A stretch of 24,000 bases of DNA, from positions 15,770 through 39,769 of the forward strand of contig JADFPP010000020.1 in assembly GCA_022562275.1 (NCBI GenBank), given 5' to 3'. This document shows, piece after piece, positions 1-8,170 of the stretch (the first letter of the stretch is position 1; the number at the start of each line of letters is the position of its first letter). The notes beneath the pieces are model-generated. The model saw only the letters and a list, made by a program, of their open reading frames with translations. It had not been told where the DNA came from and ran no database searches. This DNA comes from Bacteroidota bacterium. GTDB lineage: Bacteria > Bacteroidota > Ignavibacteria > Ignavibacteriales > Ignavibacteriaceae. The translations under genes and the position numbers were made by a program.

Positions 1-2
1 CA

Positions 3-968
3 ATAGTACTCGGTAATACAATGATACTTAAACCATCAGAACTAGTTCCGTTAAGCGCAAACAGAATTGCAGAACTATTACGAGATGCCGGATTACCGAG
101 GGGAGTTTTTAATGTTGTTCATGGTGCACAGGAAGCGGTGGAAGCTATTTGCGATCATCCTGATATCGATGCAGTTTCGTTTGTTGGTTCAACGCGTGTT
201 GCTAAAATCGTTTATAAAAGAGCAGCTTCAAATTTAAAACGAGTAATTGCTCTCGGTGGCGCGAAAAATCATCTTATCGTTCTGCCCGATGCAAATGTTG
301 CCATGACGGCATCCAACGTTGCTGCTTCAATGTCCGGATGTGCCGGTCAGCGGTGTATGGCAGCATCTGCAATGGTTGCGGTTGGAAACGTTGATAACAT
401 AATCGAAAAAATTTGTGAAGAAGCACGTAAAATTATTCCCGGTAAAAATCTGGGTGCAATAATCTCAGCAAAGGCAAAAGAAAGAATTGAAAACTACATT
501 ACAGAAGCTGAGAATGACGGAGCAAAAATATTGGTTGATGGGAGAAATTGTAAAGTTGAAGGAAAGGAAAACGGATTTTATGTTGGCCCAACCGTTATCG
601 ATTATGTTAGACCTGATATGAAAATTGCTAAAGAAGAAGTTTTCGGTCCGGTACTTTCAATAATGAGAGCTGAGAATATAGATGAAGCGATTAAAATTGA
701 GAACAGTTCCGATTATGGAAACGCAGCTGCTGTATTTACACAGAGCGGAGGACTTGCCCGCTATGTTGCTGATCGTGCAAGTGCGGGAATGATTGGTGTA
801 AACATAGGTGTTCCCGTACCGAGAGAACCGTTTTCATTCGGCGGGTGGAATGATTCAAGATTTGGTGTTGGTGATATTACCGGAAAGAGTTCGATACAAT
901 TCTGGACGAAGTTGAAAAAGATAACAACTAAATGGAATCCTGAATCACAGGTAAATTGGATGAGTTAA
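3..968 (+). CDS. mmsA: CoA-acylating methylmalonate/malonate-semialdehyde dehydrogenase, 5'-truncated by the window edge
   Basis: The frame is open from nt 3 with no upstream stop, so the listed ATG at 21 is internal. GNTMILKPSE, the catalytic-Cys region GCAGQRCMA and the C-terminal PFSFGGWNDSRFG...IQFWTKLKKITTKW tail match the ALDH6/MmsA family as I remember it. Confidence 0.85.
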   Translation: MVLGNTMILKPSELVPLSANRIAELLRDAGLPRGVFNVVHGAQEAVEAICDHPDIDAVSFVGSTRVAKIVYKRAASNLKRVIALGGAKNHLIVLPDANVAMTASNVAASMSGCAGQRCMAASAMVAVGNVDNIIEKICEEARKIIPGKNLGAIISAKAKERIENYITEAENDGAKILVDGRNCKVEGKENGFYVGPTVIDYVRPDMKIAKEEVFGPVLSIMRAENIDEAIKIENSSDYGNAAAVFTQSGGLARYVADRASAGMIGVNIGVPVPREPFSFGGWNDSRFGVGDITGKSSIQFWTKLKKITTKWNPESQVNWMS

Positions 969-993
969 ATTAGATGTTTTAGTAGCTAATGTC

Positions 994-1049
994 ATTCTGA
1001 TCCCGACATGCCTGCAGTAAACAGGATTATCGGGAGAAGAATCTTTTTT
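994..1049 (+). terminator. Rho-independent terminator-like extended hairpin after mmsA
   Basis: ATTCTGATCCCGA (994-1006) pairs with TCGGGAGAAGAAT (1030-1042) with 2 central mismatches. There is an inner CCTG/CAGG stem (1011-1014/1022-1025), then a T-tract at 1044-1049. Confidence 0.5.
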
Positions 1050-1137
1050 ACTATTTCACGAAAAGAACCTTTGTTAAGTAAATTGGACTCAGAATGACAA
1101 AGGAGAGAATAAATAATCAAACTGAAAAGGAAACATA

Positions 1138-2007
1138 ATGAGCAAAATAGTTCGGGGAGGATTAATCCAGGCATCACTTACTGGATCAACTGAAGACCCG
1201 ATTGAAAAAATAAAACAGGCAATGATAGAAAAACATCTGAAGATGATTGATGATGCCGCAAAGGATAATGTTCAGATACTTTGTCTTCAGGAACTTTTTT
1301 ACGGACCATATTTTTGCGCAGAGCAAAAAACAAAATGGTATGCGATGGTAGAAAAAGTTCCGGATGGACCAACAACAAAACTTATGCAAGAAGTTGCTAA
1401 AAAACATAATATGGTTTTAATTGTTCCGGTTTATGAAGAAGAAATGACGGGAGTTTTTTACAACACTGCAGCCGTGATTGATGCCGACGGAAAATATTTA
1501 GGAAAGTATCGCAAACATCATATTCCTCATTGCGAACCGGGTTTTTGGGAAAAGTTTTACTTCAAACCGGGTAATCTTGGATTTCCCGTTTTCAAAACTG
1601 CTTACGCTAATGTTGGAGTATATATTTGTTACGATAGACATTTCCCCGAAGGCGCCCGTGCACTTGGACTAAACGGAGCAGAAATAATCTTCAACCCTTC
1701 GGCTACTGTTGCCGGATTATCTGAATACTTATGGGAACTTGAGCAGCCGGCACATGCTGTTGCCAACGGATATTTTGTCGGTGCTATAAACAGGGTTGGA
1801 AAAGAAGGACCCTGGAATATTGGTGAGTTTTATGGAAGCAGTTATTTCTGTTCGCCGCGGGGAAAAATAATTGTAAAGGCAAGCCGCGATAAAGATGAAC
1901 TTGTTGTTGCCGACCTTAATTTGGATGAAATACAGGAGGTAAGAAGCGTTTGGCAGTTCTACCGCGACCGCCGTCCGGAGACATATAGCGATCTGGTAAA
2001 TATTTAA
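1138..2007 (+). CDS. beta-ureidopropionase (N-carbamoyl-beta-alanine amidohydrolase), nitrilase superfamily
   Basis: Colinear resemblance to beta-ureidopropionases: LQELF (Glu), YRKHHIP (Lys), ICYDRHFPE (Cys), GAEIIFNPSATVAGLSEYLWELE and GPTTKL. AGGAGAG-like RBS upstream. The pathway context also fits. Confidence 0.85.
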   Translation: MSKIVRGGLIQASLTGSTEDPIEKIKQAMIEKHLKMIDDAAKDNVQILCLQELFYGPYFCAEQKTKWYAMVEKVPDGPTTKLMQEVAKKHNMVLIVPVYEEEMTGVFYNTAAVIDADGKYLGKYRKHHIPHCEPGFWEKFYFKPGNLGFPVFKTAYANVGVYICYDRHFPEGARALGLNGAEIIFNPSATVAGLSEYLWELEQPAHAVANGYFVGAINRVGKEGPWNIGEFYGSSYFCSPRGKIIVKASRDKDELVVADLNLDEIQEVRSVWQFYRDRRPETYSDLVNI

Positions 2008-2030
2008 AAATCATTTAAGGAAATTCTCTT

Positions 2031-3341
2031 ATGAGTGAAGTAAATATTAATGAGGTAAAAAAGATCAGTTCGGAAGATATTCATGCAAAGCATAAAGAAT
2101 ATTTGTTTCCGAGTGTAGCAAATTATTATAAAGAACCACTTGCTATCGATCACGCAGATGGATTGTATGTGTATGATCCTGAAGGTAATAAATATCTCGA
2201 TTTTTTCGGAGGCATTTTAACTGTTAGTGTCGGTCATTGCAATCCGAAAGTAACAAGCAAAATAAAAGAGCAGGTTGATAAACTTCAGCATACTTCAACA
2301 CTTTATCCGAACGAAAAGATTGTTGCCCTGGCAGAAAAACTTGCTGAGATTACTCCCGGTGAATTAAAGAAAAGCTTCTTTACTACCAGTGGAACAGAAG
2401 CTGATGAAACAGCAGTGTTTTTAGCAAAACACTTTACCGGTAACCAGGAAATTATTGCGTTGCGCCACAGCTACCATGGTCGTTCATTACTAGCGATGAG
2501 TATGACCGGTCATGCACTGTGGCGTCATGGCGGAACACATCTTCCGGGAATTAAACACGCTGTAAGTCCGTATTGTTACAGGTGTCCGTTCTCCCTTGAA
2601 TATCCAAGCTGTGAATTGAAGTGTGCACAGGATATTGAAGAATTGATAATGACTACAACAAGCGGAGAGATTGCCGGATTTATTGCAGAACCAATTCAAG
2701 GTGTTGGTGGATTTATTACTCCGCCTAAAGAATATTTTCAGGTTGCTGTTCCCATCATTAAAAAATACGGCGGCGTTTTTATTTGCGATGAAGTGCAAAC
2801 CGGATTCGGACGCACAGGCAAAAGGATGTTCGGAATTGAACATTGGGAAGTTGAACCGGATATTTTAACTGCCGCAAAAGGTATTGCTAACGGCGCTCCT
2901 CTTGGTGTAACAGTTGCCAGAACAGATATTGCCGATAGCTTTACCGGTTTAACAATTTCAACTTTCGGAGGAAATCCAGTATCGATGGCTGCAGCTCTTG
3001 CAACAATTGAAGTTATAGAAGAAGAAAATCTTGCTGAAAACGCTTATGTAGTAGGACAACATTTAAGAGACGGATTGGAAGACCTGCAAAAAAAATACCC
3101 ATCAATTGGTGATGTTAGAGGAATGGGCTTAATGCAGGCGTGTGAATTTGTAAAGGAAGATAAAGTTCCCGATAGTGAGCTTGTCGGAAAACTTTTTGAA
3201 GAAATGAAAAAGCAAGGTGTATTAATTGGCAAAGGCGGATTGTACGGAAATGTTGTTCGGATTTCGCCACCGCTTACTGTAACTAAAAGTGAAGTTGATG
3301 ATTTTATTGGAGCTATGGATAGTTCATTAAGCAGATGTTAA
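2031..3341 (+). CDS. class III PLP aminotransferase, probably beta-alanine:pyruvate/2-oxoglutarate transaminase
   Basis: DEVQTGFGRTG, the AAKGIANG Schiff-base lysine region and SGTEADE are class III aminotransferase hallmarks. The substrate is inferred only from the position between beta-ureidopropionase and the rest of the pyrimidine cluster. Confidence 0.75.
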   Translation: MSEVNINEVKKISSEDIHAKHKEYLFPSVANYYKEPLAIDHADGLYVYDPEGNKYLDFFGGILTVSVGHCNPKVTSKIKEQVDKLQHTSTLYPNEKIVALAEKLAEITPGELKKSFFTTSGTEADETAVFLAKHFTGNQEIIALRHSYHGRSLLAMSMTGHALWRHGGTHLPGIKHAVSPYCYRCPFSLEYPSCELKCAQDIEELIMTTTSGEIAGFIAEPIQGVGGFITPPKEYFQVAVPIIKKYGGVFICDEVQTGFGRTGKRMFGIEHWEVEPDILTAAKGIANGAPLGVTVARTDIADSFTGLTISTFGGNPVSMAAALATIEVIEEENLAENAYVVGQHLRDGLEDLQKKYPSIGDVRGMGLMQACEFVKEDKVPDSELVGKLFEEMKKQGVLIGKGGLYGNVVRISPPLTVTKSEVDDFIGAMDSSLSRC

Positions 3342-3403
3342 AGAAGGATATATGGAGATTCCTTCTGAATTAAAAATCCTGATGGTCAAGTCTAAATATT
3401 ATT

Positions 3404-3428
3404 TAAAAAGATTCTTTCAGAATGCCAG
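3404..3428. promoter_or_regulatory. Conserved 25-nt box, copy 1 (TAAAAAGATTCTTTCAGAATGCCAG), about 125 nt upstream of preT
   Basis: 22 of 25 positions are identical to 4956-4980. It contains the small palindrome ATTCT-TTC-AGAAT. Function unknown. Confidence 0.4.
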
Positions 3429-3551
3429 AGTAGGATTATTAAGAATATTTAGAAACTCAGAATCCAAATGTCAGCCAGTAGGAATCTTGTTTTCTGAATT
3501 TAGAATTAATAAGAGGTTCAATTTTAATGAATAAAAACAAAGAAGCTTCAT

Positions 3552-4901
3552 ATGAATTTAGCAGATAAGCTTACACAAGAAGAATACAAAAAAAACTTCG
3601 AAGAACTTGTTTCTCCTTTCACAAACAACTCAGCAGTTACGGAAGCTAACCGCTGTTTATATTGTTATGATTCGCCGTGTATGAAAGCTTGCCCGACACA
3701 CATTGATATTTCAACATTCATAAAAAAAATTGCGACGGGTAACCTTATTGGTTCGGCAAAAACAATTTTTTATTCAAATTGGATTGCATTAACCTGTGCT
3801 AAATCTTGCCCGGTAGAGGACCTTTGCGAAGGCGCTTGTGTTTATGTTGAAAAGGGTGAAAAGCCGATTGAGATAGGACGCTTGCAAAGGTTTGCAATAG
3901 ATGAGTACTTCTCATCAGGAATGCCGAAGTTATTTAATTCTAAACCAAAAAATGGTAAGTCTGTGGGAATAATTGGTTCGGGTCCCGCAAGTTTAGCATG
4001 CGGCGCCGAATTATCTTTACTGGGTTATGATGCTCATATTTACGAATCGAATGAAGTTCCCGGTGGATTAAGTACATGGGGAATAGCGCCATATAAAATG
4101 AGCAAAGCGGATAGCTTAAAAGAAGTTGAAATGATAAAAGGACTAGGTGTTAGTATTCAAACAGGTGTAACGGTCGGTGAAACAATTTCAGTTGAAGAAT
4201 TGTTTGATAAACACGATGCTTTATTTATTGGAATTGGATTAGGGGAAAGCGGAAGGTTGAGCATTACGGGTGAAGATCTCGAAGGAGTTATAGGTGCTTT
4301 AAAGTTTATAGAAAATGTAAAAGAAGAAAACTGGAGCTCGGTAAATGTTGGAGGGCACGTTGCAGTTATTGGTGCCGGTAACACTTCGATTGATGCGGCT
4401 ACTGAAGCGAAACGACTCGGTGCAGAAGAAGTGATGATAGTTTACAGAAGATCGGAATCGGAAATGCCCGCTAATGATTGGGAATATCGTTTGGCAAAAG
4501 ACGATGGAATCATCTTCCGCTTTTTAACTTCACCCATTGAAATTATTGGCAATAAAAGTGTTGAGGGTATTAAATGCATAAAGAACAAATTGAGCGAACC
4601 AGATAAGCAAGGCAGGAAAAAACCTGTGCCTATTCCCAATTCAGAATTTGAAATTCCTGTTGATATGGTTATTTATGCTCTCGGGCAGCAGCCAAAGTTA
4701 AAATTTATTAATTCTATTCCCGATCTTAAAATCGAAAACAACAAAGTTTTAGTTAACAATGGAACTTTTCAAACGAGTAATCCGAAAGTATTTGCAGGCG
4801 GCGATTGCATAAACGGCGGTAAGGAAGTAGTTAATGCAGCTTACGATGGTAAGCAGGCTGCACACGGAATTGATAAGTATTTATTAAGTAACAAAGATTA
4901 A
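3552..4901 (+). CDS. preT: NAD-dependent dihydropyrimidine dehydrogenase subunit PreT (glutamate synthase small-subunit-like)
   Basis: N-terminal Fe-S Cys cluster (CLYCYDSPCMKACP), two dinucleotide-binding motifs (GIIGSGPASLACG and VIGAGNTSIDAA) and the GGDC tail. It is adjacent to preA. Confidence 0.85.
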   Translation: MNLADKLTQEEYKKNFEELVSPFTNNSAVTEANRCLYCYDSPCMKACPTHIDISTFIKKIATGNLIGSAKTIFYSNWIALTCAKSCPVEDLCEGACVYVEKGEKPIEIGRLQRFAIDEYFSSGMPKLFNSKPKNGKSVGIIGSGPASLACGAELSLLGYDAHIYESNEVPGGLSTWGIAPYKMSKADSLKEVEMIKGLGVSIQTGVTVGETISVEELFDKHDALFIGIGLGESGRLSITGEDLEGVIGALKFIENVKEENWSSVNVGGHVAVIGAGNTSIDAATEAKRLGAEEVMIVYRRSESEMPANDWEYRLAKDDGIIFRFLTSPIEIIGNKSVEGIKCIKNKLSEPDKQGRKKPVPIPNSEFEIPVDMVIYALGQQPKLKFINSIPDLKIENNKVLVNNGTFQTSNPKVFAGGDCINGGKEVVNAAYDGKQAAHGIDKYLLSNKD

Positions 4902-4955
4902 TTCGCCATTCAGCAGGAATCCTGTTAACTAAACTGTGAACGATTGCATAAGGAA

Positions 4956-4980
4956 TAAAAAGATTCTTTTTGAATGACAG
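4956..4980. promoter_or_regulatory. Conserved 25-nt box, copy 2 (TAAAAAGATTCTTTTTGAATGACAG), about 50 nt upstream of preA
   Basis: 22 of 25 positions are identical to 3404-3428 and it sits in an intergenic position. Function unknown. Confidence 0.4.
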
Positions 4981-5026
4981 TAATTATTTACAACGAAATT
5001 AAAATTTATAATGAATGAGGAAATAA

Positions 5027-6346
5027 ATGATTGACCTATCAATTGATTGCGGTGGTATAAAATCGCCAAACCCCTTTTGGCTGGCCTCTGCACCACCTTC
5101 AAACTCTGCTTATCAGAACTGCAAAGCGTTTGAGCAGGGTTGGGGTGGGACGGTTTGGAAAACAATTGGTGAACCTGTTATGAATGTTTCCAACCGTTAC
5201 GGCGGATTAGATTACAGTGGCGAAAAATTAATTGGATTGAACAATGTTGAACTTATCAGCGATCGCCCAATCGAAACTAATTTAAAAGAAATTGCGGAAA
5301 CAAAAAAGTTATGGCCCGATCGCGCTGTTGTTGTTTCGATAATGGTTGAATCGAAAAAAGAAGTATGGCACGATATTGTTAAACGCACAATTGATACAGG
5401 TGCGGATGGGATTGAATTAAATTACGGATGTCCGCACGGAATGAGTGAAAGAGGTATGGGCGCTGCTGTAGGTCAGGTTCCTGAATATTGTAAAATGATA
5501 ACTGAATGGGTAACAGAAGTTTCAACAATTCCTGTGCTTGTTAAGCTTACACCAAATGTAACTGATATACGCTTTCCAGCACGTGCAGCTAAAGCAGCAA
5601 ACGCAGACGGTTTAGCATTGATAAATACTATTAACAGTATAATAGGAATTGATCTCGACACATTAAAAATTCAACCGACTATTGCCGGTAAAAGCAGTCA
5701 TGGTGGTTTTGCCGGTCCTGCTGTAAAACCAATCGCTCTTCATCACTTATCACAAATAGCAAAAGACAGTGAAATAAATCTTCCTATTTCCGGTATCGGC
5801 GGCATCAGCACATGGCAGGATGCCGCTGAGTTTATTTTACTCGGTTCAACAAGTGTGCAGTTATGCACTGTCGTAATGCATTACGGTTTTAGAATAATTG
5901 ATGACCTCGTTGAAGGATTAACAAACTGGATGGAATCGAAAGGATTTTTATCTATTGATGATTTCAAAGGTAAAGCTTTAGAACAAATTGAAGACTTCGG
6001 TAATTTTAATCTCTTGCATAAAACCGTTGCACGAATAGATCAATCAACTTGTATTCACTGTAATTTGTGTTATGTTGCCTGCGAAGATGGTGCTCATCAG
6101 TGTATAGATTTAACTCCTGAAAACGGAAACTATAAAACTGAAGTAAGAGAAGAAGATTGTGTTGGCTGTTGTTTGTGTTCATTAGTGTGTCCTGTTGAAG
6201 GTTGTATTTCTATGATAAGGGTCGATGATGAATCTGAATCAAAATCGTGGAATGAATTGATGGCTGATTTTGAGAAGGAAGGTAAGGAACCAAGCTGGCA
6301 AAATCTTGAAGAATTTAAAAAGAAACATGGAATTGTAATACACTAA
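5027..6346 (+). CDS. preA: dihydropyrimidine dehydrogenase subunit PreA (DHOD-like FMN domain plus C-terminal 2x[4Fe-4S] ferredoxin domain)
   Basis: LNYGCPHGM active-site loop and a class-1 DHOD-like TIM barrel. C-terminal CIHCNLCYVACEDG and CVGCCLCSLVCPVEGC motifs. Confidence 0.85.
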   Translation: MIDLSIDCGGIKSPNPFWLASAPPSNSAYQNCKAFEQGWGGTVWKTIGEPVMNVSNRYGGLDYSGEKLIGLNNVELISDRPIETNLKEIAETKKLWPDRAVVVSIMVESKKEVWHDIVKRTIDTGADGIELNYGCPHGMSERGMGAAVGQVPEYCKMITEWVTEVSTIPVLVKLTPNVTDIRFPARAAKAANADGLALINTINSIIGIDLDTLKIQPTIAGKSSHGGFAGPAVKPIALHHLSQIAKDSEINLPISGIGGISTWQDAAEFILLGSTSVQLCTVVMHYGFRIIDDLVEGLTNWMESKGFLSIDDFKGKALEQIEDFGNFNLLHKTVARIDQSTCIHCNLCYVACEDGAHQCIDLTPENGNYKTEVREEDCVGCCLCSLVCPVEGCISMIRVDDESESKSWNELMADFEKEGKEPSWQNLEEFKKKHGIVIH

Positions 6347-6382
6347 AATTTACTTATCAATAATTTTATTGTTTATGAATTG

Positions 6383-6402
6383 CCACGACTTTTAAGTCGT
6401 GG
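6383..6402. repeat. Short GC-rich hairpin element CCACGACT-TTTA-AGTCGTGG
   Basis: Perfect 8-bp stem. A near-identical copy lies at 8003-8022. It is flanked by GAATTG motifs, as is the hairpin at 8063-8082. Confidence 0.7.
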
Positions 6403-6555
6403 GTAAATTGAATTGCTTCCTAAAAGAGTAAACCGTTTCTCCGAACGAGTCCTTTGGACAACGGTTTTAAGACTTAGTGGTTATAAGTGAAAACTAAAAG
6501 TATATCATACAAGAATTTAATAAGTATTATTACTAAAAAATAATATGGTGAAACT

Positions 6556-7944
6556 ATGTCAACATTAATAAAAAACGGTCGCATTATTACTGCGGAACAG
6601 GATTATATAGCAGACATCTACATCGAAAAAGATAAAGTAACACTAATTGGGGAGAACTTAAAAAATCAAGCCGATAAAGTAATTGATGCAAAAAACAAAT
6701 ACGTAATTCCCGGAGGCATTGATGTTCACACTCATCTTGATATGCCGTTCGGAGGAACAACCTCGATTGATGATTTTGAATCCGGAACAAAAGCCGCTGC
6801 ATTTGGCGGTACGACGTGCCTTATAGATTTTGCAATTCAGGCAAAGGGAACACGAATTAGAGATGCGCTTGATATTTGGTGGGAAAAAGCTCAAGGTAAA
6901 GCCACTATTGATTATGGACTGCATATGATTATAACTGACCTGCCGGATGCGCATATGGAGGACATGAGTGATATGGTTAATGAAGGTGTAACAAGTTTTA
7001 AACTCTTTATGGCTTATCCCGATGTGCTGATGGTAGATGATGCAACTATTTATAAGACTATGAAACATACATCAAAAACAGGTGCACTGGTTTGTATGCA
7101 TGCTGAAAACGGAAGTGTAATAGATCTTATTGTGCAGAAAGCACTTGCCGAAGGAAAAACAGCACCAATTTATCATGCACTTACCCGCCCAACTACTGCT
7201 GAGGGCGAAGCTGTGAACAGATCAATTGCTCTCGCTGAAATGGCTGGAGCCCCCGTATACATTGTTCACCTATCATCAAATGATGCACTTGAGAAAGTTG
7301 CCGAAGCAAGAGACAGGGGCTTGCCTGTTTATGCAGAAACTTGTCCACAGTATCTTTTTCTTTCTTTGGATGATATGGGCAAAGACGGCTTTGAAGATGC
7401 CAAACTTGTATTCACTCCGCCGCTGCGGGAAAAATGGCATCAGGATAAGTTGTGGGCAGGACTTCAAAAAAATACTTTGCAGATAGTTTCAACAGATCAT
7501 TGTCCGTTCTGTTATAAAGAGCAGAAAGAACTTGGCATTGATGATTTCACAAAAATTCCAAATGGGGGACCGGGTATTGAACATCGTTTGCAATTACTTT
7601 TTGAAGGTGGCGTAAACGAAGGAAGATTTTCAGTAAACAGATGGGTTGAGCTAATTTCAACTTCCCCGGCAAAAATGTTTGGGCTATATCCACGCAAAGG
7701 TACTATTGCCGTTGGTTCCGATGCCGATATTGTTATCTGGGATCCGGAATTCGAGCACACTATATCTGTTCATTCGCATCATATGCGCGTAGACTATTCA
7801 ATGTTTGAAGGAAAGAAAATAAAAGGTAATGCTGAGACAGTACTTTCCCGCGGTGAAGTAATTGTAGAAAATAAAAAATTCCTGGGTAAAACCGGAAGAG
7901 GAAATTTTTTGAAGAGAGATGCTTACGCCGGTGCGTGGGATTAA
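6556..7944 (+). CDS. dht: dihydropyrimidinase / D-hydantoinase
   Basis: GGIDVHTHLDMPFGGT metal-binding motif, FKLFMAY (carbamylated Lys region), the VSTDHCPF Asp motif and GSDADIVIWDP. These match cyclic amidohydrolases of the dihydropyrimidinase family. Confidence 0.9.
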   Translation: MSTLIKNGRIITAEQDYIADIYIEKDKVTLIGENLKNQADKVIDAKNKYVIPGGIDVHTHLDMPFGGTTSIDDFESGTKAAAFGGTTCLIDFAIQAKGTRIRDALDIWWEKAQGKATIDYGLHMIITDLPDAHMEDMSDMVNEGVTSFKLFMAYPDVLMVDDATIYKTMKHTSKTGALVCMHAENGSVIDLIVQKALAEGKTAPIYHALTRPTTAEGEAVNRSIALAEMAGAPVYIVHLSSNDALEKVAEARDRGLPVYAETCPQYLFLSLDDMGKDGFEDAKLVFTPPLREKWHQDKLWAGLQKNTLQIVSTDHCPFCYKEQKELGIDDFTKIPNGGPGIEHRLQLLFEGGVNEGRFSVNRWVELISTSPAKMFGLYPRKGTIAVGSDADIVIWDPEFEHTISVHSHHMRVDYSMFEGKKIKGNAETVLSRGEVIVENKKFLGKTGRGNFLKRDAYAGAWD

Positions 7945-7946
7945 AT

Positions 7947-8120
7947 AAATAGTTTTTTTACTATTTGGGCTAAAGCCCGTTCATTCAATTGTTATTATAC
8001 TCCCACGACTTAAAAGTCGTGGCTATTCAAAGTCAACTATCAAATTAAATTATGATGAATTGCCCCGTCCTTCAGGACGGGGAGTATAGAATTTCTAGAA
8101 ACTAATTCGGGTTTTAACCC
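7947..8120. repeat. Train of five short hairpins in the dht-permease intergenic gap
   Basis: AAATAGT-T6-ACTATTT (7947-7966), GGGC-TAAA-GCCC (7967-7978), CCACGACT-TAAA-AGTCGTGG (8003-8022), CCCCGTCC-TTCA-GGACGGGG (8063-8082) and GGGTT-TT-AACCC (8109-8120). AT-rich spacers separate them. Confidence 0.7.
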
Positions 8121-8170
8121 AACATCTTATCAATCTATTATCGATCAAAAAGTAATACTATTTAAAAAAG

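Noticed and set aside
992-1407. Minus-strand ORFs (61, 66 and 73 aa) across the mmsA terminator and the start of the beta-ureidopropionase gene
   Set aside because: These are shadow ORFs opposite a well-supported gene and a hairpin, with no independent support.
3352-3534. 60-aa ORF in the aminotransferase-preT gap
   Set aside because: It has a low-complexity, K/R/F-rich translation, no RBS-like context and no recognisable family. The region is better explained as intergenic DNA carrying the repeated ATTCT/AGAAT motifs.
7947-8120. Possible CRISPR array, suggested by several palindromic repeats with spacers
   Set aside because: The stems have different sequences, are only 12-20 nt long and are irregularly spaced. 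There are no cas genes, so this is not a CRISPR architecture.
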